From Ginkgo biloba (Eukaryota; Plantae; Ginkgophyta): 26,717 nt of DNA. A model generated the notes under the pieces. It had not been told where the DNA came from. It searched no databases and was given only the letters and a program-made list of their open reading frames with translations. The DNA is taken from contig JANKJI020000002.1 of assembly GCA_024626585.2 (NCBI GenBank), forward strand, positions 204,313,369 through 204,340,085. Direction: 5' to 3'. Of the stretch, positions 22,949 to 26,717 are shown in pieces. The position numbers and the translations under genes were made by a program. Within the stretch, counting starts at the first letter, position 1. Each line of letters starts with the position of its first letter.

Positions 22949-23982
22949 TGATATGCCAATTAGCCCGACAATTGACTGGGAAGATATCACTATATGTCTA
23001 ACTACTACACAGTCAGAAAGGAAAGATTGTACACACAACTACAGAAATAAATGGCANNNNNNNNNNNNNNNNNNNNNNNNNNNNNNNNNNNNNNNNNNNN
23101 ATAATTTCCTGGCGCTCTGTGTTGGTGTGGGGTACCATCCACCCAACTCCGTCACAGTTCAAAGCCCACAGGGAACCCAATCACAGACCTCTGGTAAGGA
23201 AGAGAAATTGTCCTATCTTCATTAATTGTAAGGAAGTCGTTTTACATAAAATGGTCACTGGTAACCAACGACCCTTCCCTACAACTAATCAAGATGATTA
23301 ATTTTCACTATAGGTACAAGAATCGATTCATTAACCGTAATGGACCTACTTGCACTTCGATTGCAAATAACATCCCATCAACTGATGGAAAGCTACCTAC
23401 ACCTAAGATGCAAGTAATTGTTACTTACATTAATTGCATACATACAATAAAGATGGTTACTTGCAAGGAACCTTTATGCACTCACACATAAACTCTGTCG
23501 CCTCAGCCTTAGCTGTCTCAAATACCTACTTGCAACTGGGATGCAAGTAACTCAATAGACTAGTTACTTGCATACAAGTTGCAAGTAAGTATCTCAACCT
23601 TCTTCCCAGTCCCCTTTGCACGTTACAACTCCACTGTTAGGCTATACAATACTTGTAACACTTCGACAAATCTCACGCCTACATTACTTGCACTCGAGAT
23701 TCAAGTGGCCACTTGCTTGCATCCGATGTATAAGTAACTATTTTACTTGCACCTAACATGTAAGTAGCCTATGGCATTAGTCACCACTACTCTGGCACAA
23801 TCAAATGCATCATTCTCTTTACCAATTTGTTCAAAAAAATGGGAAAACTCTGAGACTGTCTATGTACTTTGCCAATCACCAATTAATACAAAAATGGATA
23901 GAATTCTAAGGCAAATTAGCCATAGGAACACAAAAAGGTTGGGAAAATAGATACAATGATGGGGGTAAATTAAACCCCATCA
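22949..23982 (-). mobile_element. Putative solo LTR (about 1.03 kb) interrupting gag and carrying a palindrome array
   Basis: Termini TGAT...ATCA coincide with the break in gag similarity; terminal hairpin at 23955-23984; no target-site duplication visible; one N gap inside. Confidence 0.5.
23347..23766. repeat. Cluster of TACTTGCA-N7-TGCAAGTA palindromes
   Basis: Full units start at 23347, 23394, 23527, 23565, 23685, 23714 and 23744; half sites at 23422, 23458 and 23650. Confidence 0.9.
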
Positions 23983-24486
23983 TTTACCTTCCTATATGAC
24001 TTCACAAGTCCTCTTTTGAACTAGAATCGTCTTCGCCCTAGACCCGTGCTTTAGTAGGAGCCTTTCTTTTTCAATCTATGTGCTCTCTCCTTGTGGATCG
24101 TTCTGTAGCCCTAGTCGCTTGATCTACTCTATGCAATTTAGCTTGAGCAATTTCTCCTTGTTCGGTCTCCTACCTCTTCCATTCCAAAAATTCTTCCTTT
24201 GTCAGCTGGTAGATCTTCCATAAGTCATTTGATATCTAGGTTGGGACCCTCCATACATGATCCTCCTTGGATGGCAGGCCTCTCTAGGGGAATTGGGATT
24301 CAACCCTACTTTGTTCCCCGACTGCGATCAGAGCAGGAAATGGCATGAACAAAGGATCAAGAAAGTAACTCACCCTGATCTAGGCANNNNNNNNNNNNNN
24401 NNNNNNNNNNNNNNNNNNNNNNNNNNNNNNNNNNNNNNNNNNNNNNNNNNNNNNNNNNNNNNNNNNNNNNNNNNNNNNNNNNNNNN

Positions 24487-25900
24487 TAAATGTAATCGTC
24501 AACCCCCAACAACTATTAAAGCTTTATTAGAGTCCACACCCCAACCTTGCTCAGTCAAGCATGCCAAGCCCAAGCGAATTAAGCCTCTTTGGCATCAGGA
24601 TAGCCTCTTTGTCAAGAGAGTTATCCACCCCTACTCATAGTTATGTGGTTTCCGCCTAAAACCTTAGGTCTATACCAATAGTCCTAGACTAGAAACCCTA
24701 CTGATTTTTTTGTTTGCACCTATAGGGCATGAAAGTGTGACTGCAACCACAGCCATACCCTAATGACTATACCTATAGCCCTTATCCCTATAACTAAACC
24801 CATAGCTACAGTTGGTAGAAATCAACACAAGTATCCACCTGACTGCAATTGGCAAATAGCCACTATTATTATGTCTAATCAAATCCATTAAAGGACAATT
24901 CAATGCCTCAAAGAGAGGCACCTCAAACTAAGATGGCCAAAAATCCCCCAGAAGGTCTTAACTTGGAGCTTTAATTGCCCTAGATTGAGTTGCTAGGGTT
25001 GTTATAGTTAAAGTAGGGAATAATTTTGGAATTATAGAACAACAAGCTTGCTAAAAATTAGATGCATTATTATGTCACTACAGTGACCAAACAAACCATA
25101 AAACCTGTATGACTAAGGGTGACCTACTCTTAGGGTTCTAATCCACCCATTTATTGGGCTCAGAACCGTATAGACAAAAGTTTTAAACAAAAATCTAACT
25201 CTTTGCTAGTACTGCAGAAAACAGTCCATACAGTCATTCTCGAAATGTAAAATAAAGAGGCTTGAGTAAGAATTACTTACAGAAAGAGGGATTTACCCAG
25301 AGAGATTGATCAAGAGTACCTTCAAGAATACCAAAGAGCTATAGGATATAACAATCTGAGCCTTCAAAGCACAAAAACTATCTTGCAAACAAAATTTGGG
25401 CAATCTGTTGGTTTAGAAAGGGTTCGTTGTCCCTCCAAAGGTGTTGCGACTTGCTTATAGTGTTCACTGAGCCTCCCTAAGCCTTGAAATCAACACTTGT
25501 ATGGCACAATGAAGTCGCCTTCCAATAGAGAGCAATTTTGAGTAGTTTCTATGGATAGAAAAATGCAAAATCACCATAGAAAGAATATCTCCCGACTCCA
25601 AGTATGCAAAAAGGTAGCAGTGCCATGTAGCAACAACTCCAAGTAGAGAGTGAATAACAACCTTTAAGTAGAAAACACCCTAGAGAAACAAGACACCTTG
25701 GTAGAAGAAAATCATCAACAACTTGAGGGGCCAGCTAAGCCAAAAATGACCCCTTATATAACATTTGAAAGCCACACTTCACCACATAAGGGCTTGGCTC
25801 CTACTTGAAGCTACCTTAGTACCTCAAGGAGCCCATTGTGGCTTCTTATTGTCTTCTTTTGCTCAAGGAGGTGAGGCACCCTTAAATGGCTCATCTCCTG
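24487..25900 (-). mobile_element. Long LTR, probably the 5' LTR of the gag copy 2 element
   Basis: Homologous to 22273-22470; TATATAAGGGG on the minus strand near 25750-25760; non-coding; right boundary approximate. Confidence 0.6.
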
Positions 25901-26049
25901 AGGTAGATTCCTCCTAACCTTCTCTCTATTTATGACCTCATGTGGAGTGCTCATCATTAACTGAAGAATACATGAACAACCCTCCAAAGGTAATTTATGT
26001 TTGGGCAAAGTTCTTGAGACAAGGTTAAGAAGGCTTTTTTGAGTTGTAA

Positions 26050-26717
26050 CGACCACCACGAGCACTTTCTTGTTCTACTTGACATTGTTAATCCATCAAA
26101 GGCGAGCACATGATCGCTTGTAGTGGTCTCCTCCACATTCATTACTCTTAACAGGTGGTTTCTTTTCTCCCTTAGGTTGAAAAGTCCCCAAATTTCACCT
26201 CCTTGAATTTGTCTTGCGTTGACTACTTAGAGAAAAAAATCTTCTGAAAATAGGGCTTCTTTCCTTTCTTGATAAAGGAATTTTGAATTATGAGGGCTCC
26301 TTTTTAGGCTAGAATGGCTTCTTAAATGGTTGAACTTGATTAGATTGCGTGACTTCTATTCGAAGAGTATTATTAACTACATCTTCCATGGTTGTTAGCC
26401 TTGTCTCCACAACCCCTTGGTGGATGTGTGACTTCAACCTACGTTGAAAGTGATGCACACTATACCTCATGGCCAAGTCCAACAAATGTGCAAAACAATC
26501 GTCTAGCTTATTGCTAAACTCCCACACTGTTCTACTTTGCCTTAGGCCAATCACATGGTCATATGCTTCCTGCATATCATTTTGGGGTGCATACTTCCTA
26601 AACATGGTTTCCCTCGTTTTCGACTGTAAGCTTACTTCCTTCTACATCCCATCTTCCACTTCAATTTGGATGCCATTCCACCATTGTCGAGCAGGTCACT
26701 TGAGAGCAATTTTGACT
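26050..26717 (-). mobile_element. Ty3/gypsy gag remnant (KYAPQND family, copy 3), runs off the window edge
   Basis: VKIALK, ARQWWNG, MFRKYAPQNDMQEAYDHVIGLRQSRTVWEF, HFQRRLK, and decayed knuckle SNECGGDHYKRSC. Confidence 0.9.

Noticed and set aside
23347-23766. CRISPR-like appearance of palindromic repeats with unique linkers
   Set aside because: Repeats are degenerate, spacing is irregular (about 30-130 bp), no cas genes are present, and the context is eukaryotic retroelement DNA.

Overview
AT-rich, gap-ridden eukaryotic scaffold, most likely from a large-genome land plant. One gag resembles fern retroelement proteins as I recall them, which is unverified. Most of the window is nested, heavily decayed retrotransposons: one L1-type LINE ORF2 remnant (minus strand), two copies of a Ty3/gypsy chromovirus pol end, three copies of one gag family (KYAPQND motif) with a protease-RT block and long-LTR fragments, a gag with four tandem CCHC zinc knuckles, and several solo or 5' LTRs with tRNA-iMet-type primer binding sites. 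The only intact host-like coding piece is a 138-nt two-LRR exon (11708-11845) with canonical splice sites. The most unusual non-coding signal is a cluster of at least 7 fixed-geometry palindromes (TACTTGCA-N7-TGCAAGTA) at 23347-23766 inside a putative solo LTR. I see no intact novel multi-gene system, and junctions across N gaps cannot be trusted.
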